Part shown: positions 1 to 11,772 of the stretch, piece by piece
How positions within the stretch are numbered: the stretch's first letter is position 1
How the letters are laid out: every line of letters starts with the position of its first letter
IMG/VR virus record: IMGVR_UViG_3300050821_002957
Span: 248,001-312,000 of that record
Reading direction: 5' to 3' (one strand)
DNA length: 64,000 nt
Notes under the pieces: generated by a model
What the model saw: the letters and a program-made list of their open reading frames with translations, nothing else
The model's database searches: none
What the model was told of the DNA's origin: nothing
Position numbers and translations under genes: made by a program

Positions 1-438
1 TTGTCGTGGTTCTGTGAATATTGTAACACCCTGCGTCTCTTCGTTGCTGAATGTAAAGTCCACGGCGCTCTGCTGAATGTCCTCAGAAACGCCAAAAACG
101 GCCAAGAAGCCGTCGATGGACACGATGCTATGGAAAGTGACCTCTTTGATCACGACGCCCGTCTCTTCATACGTCTCACGAATTCCGGCCTCTTGCCATG
201 ACTCATGACGTTCGATGTAACCACCGGGCATACAAAACTCTCCCCGGCCCGGATCGATGTTGCGTTGAAGGCCAAGGATGCCGATGTCGCCGCCATTTTC
301 ATCGACGATGGGCACAGCAATTATGATGATGGGGAATGGATTCAACCAGACATTCCTACCGCAGTTCTCACAATGAAAAGGATAGGCGTTCGATGCGTAC
401 TTGGTTCCGCAGTAATGACAATGATCGTTTGCTTTCAC
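1..438 (-). CDS. Nudix hydrolase with N-terminal zinc ribbon (runs off window edge; not in ORF track)
   Basis: Manual translation from GTG at 438: CHYCG...CENCG zinc ribbon, then Nudix box GGYIERHESWQEAGIRETYEETG. Confidence 0.88.
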   Translation of the reverse strand, partial: MKANDHCHYCGTKYASNAYPFHCENCGRNVWLNPFPIIIIAVPIVDENGGDIGILGLQRNIDPGRGEFCMPGGYIERHESWQEAGIRETYEETGVVIKEVTFHSIVSIDGFLAVFGVSEDIQQSAVDFTFSNEETQGVTIFTEPRQ

Positions 439-454
439 ATTCCGAAGTGTACCA

Positions 455-488
455 CAAAAGAAAGGCCAGCCGAAACAACTGGCTGGCC
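455..488 (-). terminator. Intrinsic terminator
   Basis: GGCCAGCC/GGCTGGCC hairpin followed by a U-rich tract on the minus strand, downstream of 526..1293. Confidence 0.6.
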
Positions 489-525
489 GTAGAGAGGAGA
501 AGGAGGAAATTTAGGCGTTGACGAC

Positions 526-1293
526 CTAAACAGGCTCGACCGGATAATTCGGCAGACCGAGACCGGCGATATGCTTGCATGAGCCATGAACACGATGGGC
601 CATGCAAGAACACTGCCAGCGATGATTGGTCTTGTGCTGACCGATGGTGTACTCGCTCGTGCTGTCCGTGAATGATTTGACCGTGAAGCGATTGGTGTAG
701 AAGGCAGTGTCCTCCAAGCGAGTCGAGGTACGGGGTATCAGTACCTTCGGCAACACAGCGGGAAGCGGTTGGCGCTTCGGAGCACCAGGAATATGAACTT
801 CCTCGCACGAGATGTCATTGCCGTCATCGTCGATGCTGACCTTGAAGCAAAAGACCATCGGCAGACCATTGACCATTTTGCCGGTGTCCACGACGTAGCG
901 ATACTCGATGTCGCAGGGATCTTTCATCATGATGCCACATGAAATGAAATCGAGGCGTTCCTTTTTCGGAACAGAAGTGAACTCACGCTTTTCGTTCGGG
1001 TCCTTTGGATTGTGCGAATGCTCGTGCAGCTTGCCTGCGGCATCTTTGAATTTGTAATCGACGGCGAACATCTCACCGAGGAACACGACGTATCGGGCAG
1101 CGAGAAAAGCATCGTCATCCAGACGATTGTCCTTGAGCTTCTTGCAACGGCGAAGGAACTTGTACAGATCGACGCCAGCGCCCTTGGGATAGCCGTCGCT
1201 GTGACGATAAACGATGGCGCTAAGATAGGGCTTGTTCGTTACTGGATCGATGTATGTGCTGTCGATGAAGTGTGTCGTTGACCGTGTGCTCAT
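526..1293 (-). CDS. Phage protein (YRHSDGYP family) with C-terminal SWIM-type zinc finger
   Basis: YRHSDGYP...DIEYRY N-domain; WQCSC-x8-CKH; start moved to ATG 1293, which lies 6 nt after the -10 box. Confidence 0.65.
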   Translation of the reverse strand: MSTRSTTHFIDSTYIDPVTNKPYLSAIVYRHSDGYPKGAGVDLYKFLRRCKKLKDNRLDDDAFLAARYVVFLGEMFAVDYKFKDAAGKLHEHSHNPKDPNEKREFTSVPKKERLDFISCGIMMKDPCDIEYRYVVDTGKMVNGLPMVFCFKVSIDDDGNDISCEEVHIPGAPKRQPLPAVLPKVLIPRTSTRLEDTAFYTNRFTVKSFTDSTSEYTIGQHKTNHRWQCSCMAHRVHGSCKHIAGLGLPNYPVEPV

Positions 1294-1574
1294 GTATCTA
1301 AGATAGCAAAGATACATCTAAAAGTCAACCACAGAGAGGAACTTTATTCTCTTCCTTTTCAACAACTTGAATCCACTTTCTCAGGTAGTAACGAGCGTCG
1401 TATTTTGTGCTCGTTTCTGCTTGAACAAATGGCGTTGGTTTGCTTTCAAGAATGAGTGGCATCGGCGTGGCTTTCAACATTGCGAGTTTGAAACGAACGT
1501 CGGGCCGTCTATCGAATCGCACGATCATTTCAGGAGCGTATTGAATCGCTGTACCGCCCGGTGTGGATCGTTGT

Positions 1575-2183
1575 TTAAGAATTTCGATTTTGAGCGAGTC
1601 GTTCATTCTGCTCCAGCATGTACATTTCAAAATACACTGACGACGTGACATCGTTCTCCGCACACGCCAATGCGAGTTTGAAAAACTTTTCGTCAGTCTT
1701 CATGTACTCTTGAAGTTCTGTGATTGCTTGTGCTGCACTCTTAAAAAGAATGCCAATGCCGCCAGCTTCACGCCATGCTTTGATGTTCGCTTCAAAGTCG
1801 TCAATGAGGATGTCGCCGGTCTTTGCGTACTGAGCTTTTTCTTTTTTGTGTGCGACGATCTTTACGAGATCCGGTGTCCACATCAACTCTGGAAGTTCAT
1901 TGTCAAGCCAGATGCGTTTGTGCTCATCACTCTTTTCAATGTGCGAAGACGCAGCAGAAAGAATGCCGGGTGTTGCGACTCGGCTGTATCGCACAAAATT
2001 GAACAGTGCTCGTGCGCCATCGACCCACGGAAGATCCCGAAAGAAATATGGATGATCGTTCAACATCGCCCACTTTTCTTCATTGGACCACTTCATATTG
2101 TGATCCCAAGCCTTGCCGGTTCGACGAGTATAATCACCATCAAATTCGCACAACACGCCATCCATATCAAACCAGACTATCAT
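1575..2183 (-). CDS. HAD 5'(3')-deoxyribonucleotidase (NT5C-like)
   Basis: FDMDGVL motif I, FFRDLP, ILSA, DILIDD motif IV, W-x-x-AGG. Confidence 0.88.
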   Translation of the reverse strand: MIVWFDMDGVLCEFDGDYTRRTGKAWDHNMKWSNEEKWAMLNDHPYFFRDLPWVDGARALFNFVRYSRVATPGILSAASSHIEKSDEHKRIWLDNELPELMWTPDLVKIVAHKKEKAQYAKTGDILIDDFEANIKAWREAGGIGILFKSAAQAITELQEYMKTDEKFFKLALACAENDVTSSVYFEMYMLEQNERLAQNRNS

Positions 2184-2378
2184 TTTTTATCCCCTCGGAA
2201 AGAATCTATCGACGACCCACGCCAATAGACCTAAATAAATCGACCACAAACCCCACAAAAATTCCATACGTTTATTATAACCTGGGAATGTGGTTTTGAC
2301 AACTTTGGGGAGTTTTTTTGGGACTTAAGAGGCTGGAACGGAGAGTTTTTGGGAGTTAAGAGAGATAAGAAATTTCAC

Positions 2379-2516
2379 TGGAGGCGGCGTAAGTTTTTGT
2401 TTCGATGTGAATCATTTGCCGCAGATTATCGAATTCTAACTTAATGAATTCTCGCTGACATTCCAACGAATCCAGGCATAGCTGTTGCGGGGTGTTAGTG
2501 TCCACGGCGATCTCCA
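2379..2516 (-). other. Structured non-coding element next to a strand-skewed tract (candidate ncRNA or origin)
   Basis: Intergenic; terminal pairing TGGAG/CTCCA; short motifs shared with the 36.3 kb element. Confidence 0.3.
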
Positions 2517-2915
2517 TTAAAGAAAGTTCTCTTGGATATATATAGCGTCCCGCATAACTGTCTTAATAACTGGTTTGTCTATGGTAAGATGGAGCATGTC
2601 CAAAACCTTTGAAGTTCCAGATAGGCCAAATAGCAAGACACTGAAAAACATCCACAATGACATGCATGATTGGTTCGGTGTCGATTTGACGGACGATCAG
2701 ATTATTCATTATGGCAGGCAGAATCGTCACTTGTGGGCTGACATGCTTAATGGTGAATTTGATACAGTATGTCGAGAACAACTGGCAGATGAAATGGTTC
2801 GAGCAGTTCTCGGCTCTGGTAATGAATGGCCCAGGTATGGCGCTGGCTCACCTGTATTTGAGAAATTTATTGAACGGTTTCGGCCAGCAGCACGAGCGGC
2901 AGGCATCAAAACCGA

Positions 2916-3491
2916 CTAAGGATTTGGTGGGATGTCGAGAAATATTCCGCTGTTCCAAAGTTCACATGTGTTGTGGAAGATTGTCGTCGAAGGCACGATT
3001 GCAAAGAGACCATTCATCATTGTCACAGTTACTAACGGTTGCACCATAAAAGTTCCGTTTAATGACATTGCCCATCCGCCGCTGTTAAATGAAATGTTGC
3101 TGTACGCTGTGGTCGGATCTCCTATCAAATTTATGTTCGGTGTCCACATACCAAAACGTACTTCAAGAGTTCTCGCCATTAAAACATTTGTTGTTATCTT
3201 CCATGACAAATCCCAATTTTTAATTAGAATGAATGTCTGATCCTGAGAGACAGCAACACCATAGTTGCTGATCTGAGAATAGCGAAGGTAAGTAGACGGT
3301 ATCTTTGCGCTCGACGTTAAAGCGTGTCCTGGGTTAGCGAAGTATGCGTAAGCATGAGCATAGCTGCCGTCCGCATTGAAAATGCACTGACGAAAGAATG
3401 AATCGTCTGTCTGATTCCACGGCACCTGCGAGACCGCTACACGAGTCTGCGCCGAAGCGACAAGAGCAAAAAACAAAATTAGAAATTTCAT
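2916..3491 (-). CDS. Secreted hypothetical protein
   Basis: Signal peptide MKFLILFFALVASA. Confidence 0.6.
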   Translation of the reverse strand: MKFLILFFALVASAQTRVAVSQVPWNQTDDSFFRQCIFNADGSYAHAYAYFANPGHALTSSAKIPSTYLRYSQISNYGVAVSQDQTFILIKNWDLSWKITTNVLMARTLEVRFGMWTPNINLIGDPTTAYSNISFNSGGWAMSLNGTFMVQPLVTVTMMNGLFAIVPSTTIFHNTCELWNSGIFLDIPPNP

Positions 3492-3504
3492 GATGTCAGA
3501 TGTT

Positions 3505-3580
3505 TGGTAGACCCGGTAGGATTCGCACCTACGACCTCATCGATGTCAACGATGCGCTCTAACTACTGAGCTACGGGTCT
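3505..3580 (-). tRNA. tRNA-Val(GAC), atypical elbow (A18, G55)
   Basis: AGACCCG/CGGGTCT acceptor, CATCG-TTGACAT-CGATG anticodon arm, T-loop TGCGAAT, encoded CCA. Confidence 0.92.
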
Positions 3581-5364
3581 ATGTGGCTGGACAACTATTT
3601 ACAATTCTCGCAAAGCTCGGATTCGTTTGATTTGATCGGCTGCATACTCTTCTCGATTTTCATCCAAATAGATTGCAGCGAGCTTTCGTAATGCTTCCAT
3701 CAATACTTGCTTGGCTTCGCTAATTTCGTCTCGGCAATCACGTACCTTTTTGGAGTACTTGTCGTGAGCCGTCATTGGTGTGCTTGGTCTCATAATCCTC
3801 GTCTCCAATCCTTCACCCATTCTAACGCAATCCACTCATGCATTCTTCGATCCAGGTCGCCGTTTCCCACCATCGTGTTTCTGTACCAATGGTCTTCGGA
3901 AAAAATAAGAACTTGGTTACCTCTCGACGATCATTTGCCCTAGGCCAGGAACGTGTCGATGCTGTCCAACGCATTCCTATTCTTCTTTCTTTGCCGGGGT
4001 CAGTAACTTCATCGATGTGTTGGAACAGAGGATAGCCTTTTGTCCTTGGATCGGCTCATCAAGTAATACGATGTACGTCTTGATGATGTGATCGAGTGCT
4101 AGACCAAGTACGGTTCCGGTGCCCCTGATCTGATTCGTGATGTTGAACTGAATGTGATCATCAACATTGAACGTAACTCGAAACGCCGGGTTATCCAATG
4201 AATCTGATTTCACAGTTGGAACGACGAGCTTTTGGCCTTCTGGTGACTCGATAAAATCTTCGGCGGTGATGTTAATTATTTCCTGATTCTTCATTGTTTC
4301 CTGCTATGTACTGAATACCGTAATTCTGTCCTCGCTTTCCGAAGATCCAACGACCGGCGACCACACCCTTATAGATGTTCGCATTCATTATCATGTTGGT
4401 CATGTCTGTCATCATCATAACAGATTTCATACCTGTGGTCATCGACTCCAATTCCAAATAGGCAGCGGAACGACCTCGACCATATCCAAGAATCTTCATG
4501 GTATCATCAAACTCTGCTGGGACACGCCACTGATAGTCGTAATGTCTGATCTGCCAACCAATCCAATTGAGCCAATCCGCTTCGTCTTTCCACGTTGGTT
4601 TCCCGTCGTAACGCATCGGATTCTGAAAGCCTGCATCACGAACCGCTTTCCATTCTGCCAGTTTGGTGATACAAACTGATTGCCTATCTGCCCAATGAGG
4701 AACATCGCCCGTCTGATTGTGAAACGGAATTTGTATGGTGCTCTTCCTCTTTTTTGTCGGCATAGAACTTTCTCCAAGAATACCACAAAAATTTTGGTTG
4801 TCAAAAGAATCGGATGTGGTAGGATACGTAAAGAGGCTTCCCTTACAATATGAATTTGAGTTATGAAAATTTGATGGCAAGCTGTATCATGGCAGCAGTA
4901 GATATAGCTTTACAAGAAGCAAAGACAACCCCATTGACACCGGGCGCTCATGTCGGTCATGTGGATCTGGAGAAGTACGGCCCAAGGTGGGGAATACTTC
5001 AGACCATCACACCAACCGAAGCAACTGTCGAGATGAAAGACGGTGAAATCATGACTTGGGAAACTGAGGGAATGGTCGATATCGAACGTGTCGATTCACT
5101 CATCAAAGAAAACCAAGAAAAAGTGATGAAGGAAATCATGTTGCTTAATTCCCTGGACGAAAACAACAATGGTGTAGCATTAGAATCCAATCCAATGATG
5201 ATCGGTGGCGCTGACTTGCCGACTCCTGGTTGTGACTGTGATCACTGTGCTACGTTCACACCAGAACAACACGAACAAGCTCGGTTGGTGGCAGAACAGA
5301 TGGGGCTGGACATTGATCCGAAATCTTCGACCTATCTTCAATTGAAAGCCGCTGCTGATCTCAA

Positions 5365-5733
5365 CTAGTCGTTCCAATCTGGAAGTTCCACAGTTTGTCC
5401 TTTGAGACTGTGGAACGAGTCTGATAGGAATTGAATTTTGCCATCGGTTACATACGAATGGCAACGTTTTGTAGGATCATCACGCCAAACCATAATGCTT
5501 GGTGTGAAGGTCGGCCTGACGATATCGTTATTCCATCCCCAGACAGGCTCTTGGCCTTTCACTCGTACACCGTGCAGGTATTCGCAGCCGGGACAGTGAA
5601 AGGCCATTTGAATGTCATCTGCTTCTTTGCCGTCGATGGCATTGTCGAAGCGATAAATTTTGTCGCCCACTACTGAATGCTCCAACCACAAGAATTTTTT
5701 AATCCTGTTTTGGTAGGAGTATTCTTCGGCCAA
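5365..5733 (-). CDS. DUF6527-like zinc-binding phage protein
   Basis: FHCPGC..HGV, W.WN...RPTFTPSI, RCHSYVTDGKIQFLSD. Confidence 0.65.
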   Translation of the reverse strand: MAEEYSYQNRIKKFLWLEHSVVGDKIYRFDNAIDGKEADDIQMAFHCPGCEYLHGVRVKGQEPVWGWNNDIVRPTFTPSIMVWRDDPTKRCHSYVTDGKIQFLSDSFHSLKGQTVELPDWND

Positions 5734-6075
5734 ATGAAATAACTACCGTCCGGGGAGACGGCGGCTTTCAGATCGTAAAGATCATAATAGTGACCATTGA
5801 ATTCCTTATCACTGGAATAGGTAGTTGCATCAACATATGCCCACCATGTGTGGTTTGCGAACCTGACGTGTTTTAAGACCATCCCCATTGATATCGCTAC
5901 GTGTTCCTCGATGACCTCTATTGGTAGTCCCACTCCAGGTGACATGTTATGTCTCGTTACTGCGTTGCAAAGTTCTATAAACTTATCTTGTGTATGAGTC
6001 AGTTTCATTTTGTTGATGTCCTTGTGTAGCCATTTGCAAGTTCCCGGATTCGTATCCTCTTGTGTTGTAGACATC

Positions 6076-6453
6076 TTATTTCTTGTCTGCGTCAGCGACC
6101 ACTTTGAATTCACCTGAAGGATCACGACATACAAGGACTTCATGCTTCTTGCCTTCGGAGTCTTTCAATTTTTCTTTTTTGCAAGGACTGGTCGGCTCGA
6201 CATTATAGCCAGCATAGATCGGGAAGCCCCAATAGCTGTACGGATACCAACCATACCCTAAGCCGAAATTGAATCCATAATAACCACCATAGTAACCACG
6301 AACAACCACTGGAGGACGGTAGACTGGCCCATGATAAACCGGCGAAGAATGAAATGCAGGCGCAGGGTGTGAGTAACCACCGCCGCCACGATGTTGTGCA
6401 AATACAAATGACGAACAAAGTAGAAGTGTGAGTGAAAGAATAAAGGTCTTCAT
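6076..6453 (-). CDS. Secreted Gly/Tyr/Pro-rich protein (late)
   Basis: Signal peptide; low-complexity GYYG stretch; TAAATA 5 nt upstream of ATG. Confidence 0.6.
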   Translation of the reverse strand: MKTFILSLTLLLCSSFVFAQHRGGGGYSHPAPAFHSSPVYHGPVYRPPVVVRGYYGGYYGFNFGLGYGWYPYSYWGFPIYAGYNVEPTSPCKKEKLKDSEGKKHEVLVCRDPSGEFKVVADADKK

Positions 6454-6543
6454 ATGCCTATTTAGACGGATCTTCCAAGTAAATATTTGAGTGGTGCTAT
6501 TGAAGCAAGTGGTTGTTTTGAATCACTTTTCATTTACCATGAT

Positions 6544-7224
6544 TCATGATCCATTGCAATTTTCACAGTTGACCGCTGGAATAGGATACTCGCCGCAGAC
6601 GCACAAACGCTCTCTACGCTGTTCAAATGCTTCCTGAAGGTTCGGAGTGCCTGGAAGCGCCGCAAGCTCTTGGAACGCTTCTCTTACGTTTTTTATCACG
6701 TCCGAATTTTGTGTCCCTTCTTGAATGTGCTTGTGCAGCAGTTCGGTCGGCTGATAGTTGTGCAAAAAATGCCACAGTTCCATTGCACCCGACATCAGAG
6801 CCAGATCACGATAGAAATGTGGAGCCTGCTTGAAACGGTTCGCCTTCTTGCTTCCCTTTTCGTCGGGATCGCCACCAAGCGCACGATAAGCTGTGTCGTA
6901 GTCGGCCATGACACCATCAAGATCGACATAGACAACACCAGTCGTTTTGGACCAGTCGATTTCTTTTAATTTACGGATGCAGCTTTCGGCGTCTTTGTAG
7001 ATGATTGCGATTCCCCCGGCATTGATCCACTCAGAGCAATTCTTGGTGTTGTCGTCGATCAGCACATCACCCTTTTTGCAGAGCTTTTGTTTGTCCTGAG
7101 GATAGGCGACGACATGAACCTTCGGCCCTGTCATGTGCAGATGCAGGGCGACCCACTCGATTTTGTCATCGTAGCTGGTCTTTAGGTAATTCGATTTTGC
7201 GCTTAAGATTCTGATGTCTAGCAT
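6544..7224 (-). CDS. Circularly permuted HAD 5'(3')-deoxyribonucleotidase
   Basis: ILSA and GDVLIDD..W..AGG come before VYVDLDGVMADY..FYRDL; motif order is permuted relative to paralog 1575..2183. Confidence 0.8.
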   Translation of the reverse strand: MLDIRILSAKSNYLKTSYDDKIEWVALHLHMTGPKVHVVAYPQDKQKLCKKGDVLIDDNTKNCSEWINAGGIAIIYKDAESCIRKLKEIDWSKTTGVVYVDLDGVMADYDTAYRALGGDPDEKGSKKANRFKQAPHFYRDLALMSGAMELWHFLHNYQPTELLHKHIQEGTQNSDVIKNVREAFQELAALPGTPNLQEAFEQRRERLCVCGEYPIPAVNCENCNGS

Positions 7225-7452
7225 ACCAGTATCTATCGTAGCATACATAGCACTGTCAGCACAACATACACCAATGAAGAAACGTGATGCCATCCTCAAA
7301 CTCGATTCGCTAGAGTGGGCGTTCGAGTGTCATCTGAAATCAAAACTTCCAAGTGATCTGAATTTGACAGACGAGTTTATGACTCTGTTCTACGAGCGGA
7401 CGAAGGAATTGAAAGATGCAATCCAGGCTCTACCGGGCGACAAGAATCACGG

Positions 7453-7929
7453 CTAGTTGTTTTTGTAGCTGCGATTGAAGACGCTTACAATTTCTTCGGT
7501 GAATGAAAGCCTGAACGACGGCGGCTGGACGGCTGTATAATCCCATCCCATAGCAACGGCATAACTCAGTGAGATGTGCGGAACGAACCTATGATACACC
7601 ATGTCTACACCGTGCTCAACTGCAAAATTCCATTGCCGGTCCAGTTCGTTGCATTCAAAAAATAGAGCGAAGGCAGGTCCAATGGTTCCAAGAATGTAAG
7701 TTTCTGGGGCGATGTGAATTTGGCGACGGTCTGGAATGTATTCAGGAGGGAGTTGATTGCAGGCACAGACAACACTACAGTGGAGCTTTTCTTTTGCAAG
7801 AGGACTCGGAATGTGTTGATCCGAAAGCCATTCGTACAAAAGGTTGCGTGATTGAGTTTCTAGCGCCCGAAGTGAATAAACAGCCTCTTCGTGGTTTGCC
7901 TTTCGGTCTGATGCAACTTGGACCAGCAC
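7453..7929 (-). CDS. acb1: T4 57B/Acb1-like 2H phosphodiesterase (anti-CBASS)
   Basis: IPSPLAKEKLHCSV and FVPHISLSY resemble T4 57B VPNPVPREKIHSTI and YTPHITLSY (recalled); GTG start after TAAATA. Confidence 0.8.
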   Translation of the reverse strand: MLVQVASDRKANHEEAVYSLRALETQSRNLLYEWLSDQHIPSPLAKEKLHCSVVCACNQLPPEYIPDRRQIHIAPETYILGTIGPAFALFFECNELDRQWNFAVEHGVDMVYHRFVPHISLSYAVAMGWDYTAVQPPSFRLSFTEEIVSVFNRSYKNN

Positions 7930-9687
7930 TTGATTATTTAGCTTTCTGTGAAGAGAGTTGCAGGCGGTGGAATGAACTGGAAATGTGGGCCTTTGTAATG
8001 AAAGCCGTGGACGTAACTCATGGTTTGGCAGGAATTGTACCATTCGACAATTTGCCTTGCATCGTCGCCTTCTGCAATGTCTTGAGAGCCATCGTCATAA
8101 CGGATGTTGATGTAAATTGCTTTATTCTGTTCGGGCACATTTTGAGTATAGCACCGTCGCCACAGGCGTCAAATTTTCTTCTTTGCCCATCCTTCTGGTG
8201 ACGTTATTTCGGTGCCGAGAAAATACATGGGATCGAAGTCCAGATCACCGATACCTCGTTTCAACACCTTTTCGGGACTGACAATTTTTGAAGCCTGGAC
8301 ACCCTCTACAAAGCCGGGTTCCCGTTCGGCCTTATAGTCAAGGAATTCCAATGTGTGCGCCAGGGCTATGATCTCTTTGCTCTTGTCCATTGTGTGTCAG
8401 ACTTCCTTCAGAACGGTTTCAGCTTCATCTGCGGTGAAGTATCCGACTTTTCCTTTGCCGCACAACCATACTAGCGAATTGCAACAGTGACGGGCAACAT
8501 GGCTTCCATATCCGGCGTCCTTCAGGCGTTGGATCAGATCGTCGCTGATGTATTTGTTGCCATCGCTGTACGGTTCGGTGAAGGCTTCGAGTGCCTTGCG
8601 AATGGTGCTAAGTGCGGTGCGATACTTGTCGGTATGCTCGTCGATTTCTTTCCAGCCTTCATCGGTGAGATTAAACATCATCGAACGATAGCTGGCAAGC
8701 AAACCGTCTTCGAGTTCACTGAATGCTTCTTCAAGTTCGGGCGTCATAGTCCTCCGGTCAGCTTCTTGATTGCTTCGTCATCAAGGCCATACTTCTCGGC
8801 GACCAATGCGGCGTGGTCTGGCTTCAGTGGCAATGGTACGGCCCGGTAATAGCGCCAGAGGCCGTTATGACGCTCTTCGATACGCATGGTCTTCGGACAA
8901 ATCTTCATCCGCACGTCGGGCACAGTAAGATGCATGAACCACATTAGCGTTCAATCCCAGACTTGTTGTACCAGTCGTAAAAGTTCGGCCCATGGAACGC
9001 CGTAAACGAATCAAGAACACGCCTCCTCCGCAGCTTGCCAAACCGGATTTTTCGGAAGTGATCAAGATGATCCAGGATGGCTTGCAGGCTGCTCTGGATC
9101 ACACAAGAGACGACCGAATGCCGGTGACTCATGATGACTTCAGCCACTACCTTGAAGAGGAAGTTTTCAAGGCGATCTGGGACCATCGTCTATTTTCCGA
9201 CCGTCCAGTACATTGAAGAGGAAAACTAATATGCCAATGCCGAAACTTCATACTCTTTCCGATGCCGAACTCGAAGCGGAACTAAGACCTAATGAATCGC
9301 TGGCGACAGACTTTGGATATTTGACAATTTGATGATCGTCGGCATCCATGTTGTTTTCGGCTATGGTGCGACCGAGTTCGAGCATGAATTGAAGATCACT
9401 TATGCCTTCAGGCTTGACGGCGAGACAGGTTTTGCCATACATACCCCGACCCGAATAAGAACGGGTTTCATGCCCCATATCGTTAATCAATTCTTGAAGT
9501 GTCATTTTAATTCTCCTGGAGGCGACGGTAGTATTCTTTCTTGGTACATCTCATAAGTGGTTCCCGGCGACGTGCAGCCAATACCTCTGCTGCAATGCTG
9601 TTTCCGACATCGGCACAACGTTGTAATTCGGCGTCAGAAAATTCGCTGTAGTTGGTGACAGCGTTCGCCAAATGTTCGGGCGACAAT

Positions 9688-10026
9688 TTATCGTTCATGT
9701 TGTGCCTTGATTTCGCTGAGGGGCGTCGGTTTGAACCACAGATCACGCTCGATCTTGAGGCCCAGCGGGAGACGAACGCTTTCGAGTTCGTGAAGATTGA
9801 AATAGCCGAGTTCGTTATCGAAGCCGACGACATAACCAAAAAACAGCCACGTCTTGATTTCCTTGCCGTTTTCGTCTTCGATGACTTCTTCCTGGCCTTC
9901 GGTGGCGTACCAAGTCCAGCTACCGACCGGCGAGAAAAATTTGACGTGAACGGTGGGATTGGGGTTCTTTTCTTGAGAGTACAATTTCGGGAGCCGATTC
10001 TTGATCTCTGCTGTCATCATCTTCAT
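9688..10026 (-). CDS. DUF2958 family protein
   Basis: VKFFSP...WTWYATE...FFGYV.G..ELGYF.L.EL...IERDLWF. Confidence 0.8.
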   Translation of the reverse strand: MKMMTAEIKNRLPKLYSQEKNPNPTVHVKFFSPVGSWTWYATEGQEEVIEDENGKEIKTWLFFGYVVGFDNELGYFNLHELESVRLPLGLKIERDLWFKPTPLSEIKAQHER

Positions 10027-10985
10027 AATCTAATCCTAACAGGTTCGAGGGCGAATGTCAATAGACGTATCTACTTTTTATCACCAATCAGTTCGTCAAT
10101 AATGGCTTCTAGACCGACATGAATAATGGTGAATCCGTCCGCATCATTCATGGTTTTGGGGTAGCTGACATTAAGATCATGGCGGGAATGTTTGAAAATG
10201 TACGTCAACAGTGAGCCGTCCCGTTTGGCGTCCAAATACAGCACTAATCCCATCTCTCCGAAGTGCTTTAAAAACAAGCGCTTGAGATCCTCAGGAAACG
10301 CCAGATCATCGGCCAGCTTTAACTGCTCCAACGTGTAGGCTTTCATACTTCCAATCCTATCAGGTTCAAGGGTTAAAAGTCAACTAGATGTATCAGTTTT
10401 TTCGTACCAATTTGGCGGCATCGGGGTCCAGCTTTTCGTGTCCCGAATGTCGCAAGGCACGTCGGCGTCTTGTGGCCGTAGATGCTTGTGGTATGCGTGT
10501 AGGCGACGTTGAAATTTGGAAGTGCTCAGATAGTCCCCAAGCGTCATCGGTGCGTCTACGTGCGCCGGATTGAGTTCACCGCAGGTTGTACAACGACGCA
10601 GCAGAAAATCGTGATCGCATTCGGTAGTGGCAGACGATGCATTCACAGTAGTGATGTCGTACCGTGTGAATGTTTCATTCGAGTCCCAACAAAGCGTGAG
10701 CGGTTCGATTTCCCTTATTGTTGCGGTGACAAAACGTGTTCCCTTCTCCTTGGACTCGACAAAAATTTTGAAGGATTCTTGCGTCATTAACAGACGTTCA
10801 ATCACATCACGATAGGTCAAATCTTCATCATCTAAAATACGAATTTTCCACTCACCTTCGCCCGGAAGTTCCCATGCGCCAGCAAGACATTCTTTCAATC
10901 CAGGATGAAGCAGTCGTACCCGAAGATTTGGTCGTTCGATTGGATTGAATTTACCGAAGTTAACGATGCTGAATGCCATGACGCT

Positions 10986-11549
10986 TTATTTAGTGGCCTC
11001 TTCCAAATTTAAATGGGCCTTCACTTCGTACTTGTCGTAAAAATATGGAGTGTGGTAGATCGGTTTTCGTTCGTTGAATGCGGCTAGAATTTTTTTGCGT
11101 TCGATCTTGAAGATAGCATCTGGAACGAACGCATATTCTTTGCGAATCAGTTCGGTGTTCGCAGCAAAATGATCGACGGCCAGTGAAGTGAGATCAATGT
11201 CGCAAATCAATTTTTCGTCGTTGGTTTCTGGTTTGAATCTATCAATATGCTTGGTCACCAGGATATAACGTTTGACACGTTGTGCGAATGCTTCGTCGTA
11301 TCCTTCTCGCAAGGCAGCTTCATAAGCAGAATCCGCCGACCGTTCTTCGTTATCAGTGAATTCGCCTTCGTAGATGTAGTCATGAAACCACCATGCAAAT
11401 CGAAATGCTTCTTCGTCGTCAACATGCACCCCGGCCTGAAGTGCCTCACGGAGTTCTTTGAAACCGTCAGCAATGTGATCTAGATTGTGAAAAAAGCGAT
11501 TCGGACGCCTGTATCCGTAATACAGTTGAACAAGGGTTTGTTGATTCAT
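10986..11549 (-). CDS. HD-superfamily phosphohydrolase
   Basis: FHNLDHI, WFHDYIY, NEERSA, DIDL..L, IRKEY. Confidence 0.8.
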   Translation of the reverse strand: MNQQTLVQLYYGYRRPNRFFHNLDHIADGFKELREALQAGVHVDDEEAFRFAWWFHDYIYEGEFTDNEERSADSAYEAALREGYDEAFAQRVKRYILVTKHIDRFKPETNDEKLICDIDLTSLAVDHFAANTELIRKEYAFVPDAIFKIERKKILAAFNERKPIYHTPYFYDKYEVKAHLNLEEATK

Positions 11550-11772
11550 GAAACGTGGAAGGTGACCACTGGCTTAACTTTATGTACAGTCACCATCGTT
11601 TCCTTTCCGGTATAACCATACACCAATTCTATAGCACCGAATTTGAGGTCATAATGCCATCCAGCGAGCCAATAGCGTTCTAAGCTATAGGTGCCGCATT
11701 GCATCACAACCTCATGTCCGATTACTATGTGGTGGCCTTCAAAAGACATCATAACATGAATCGTATGGATGT

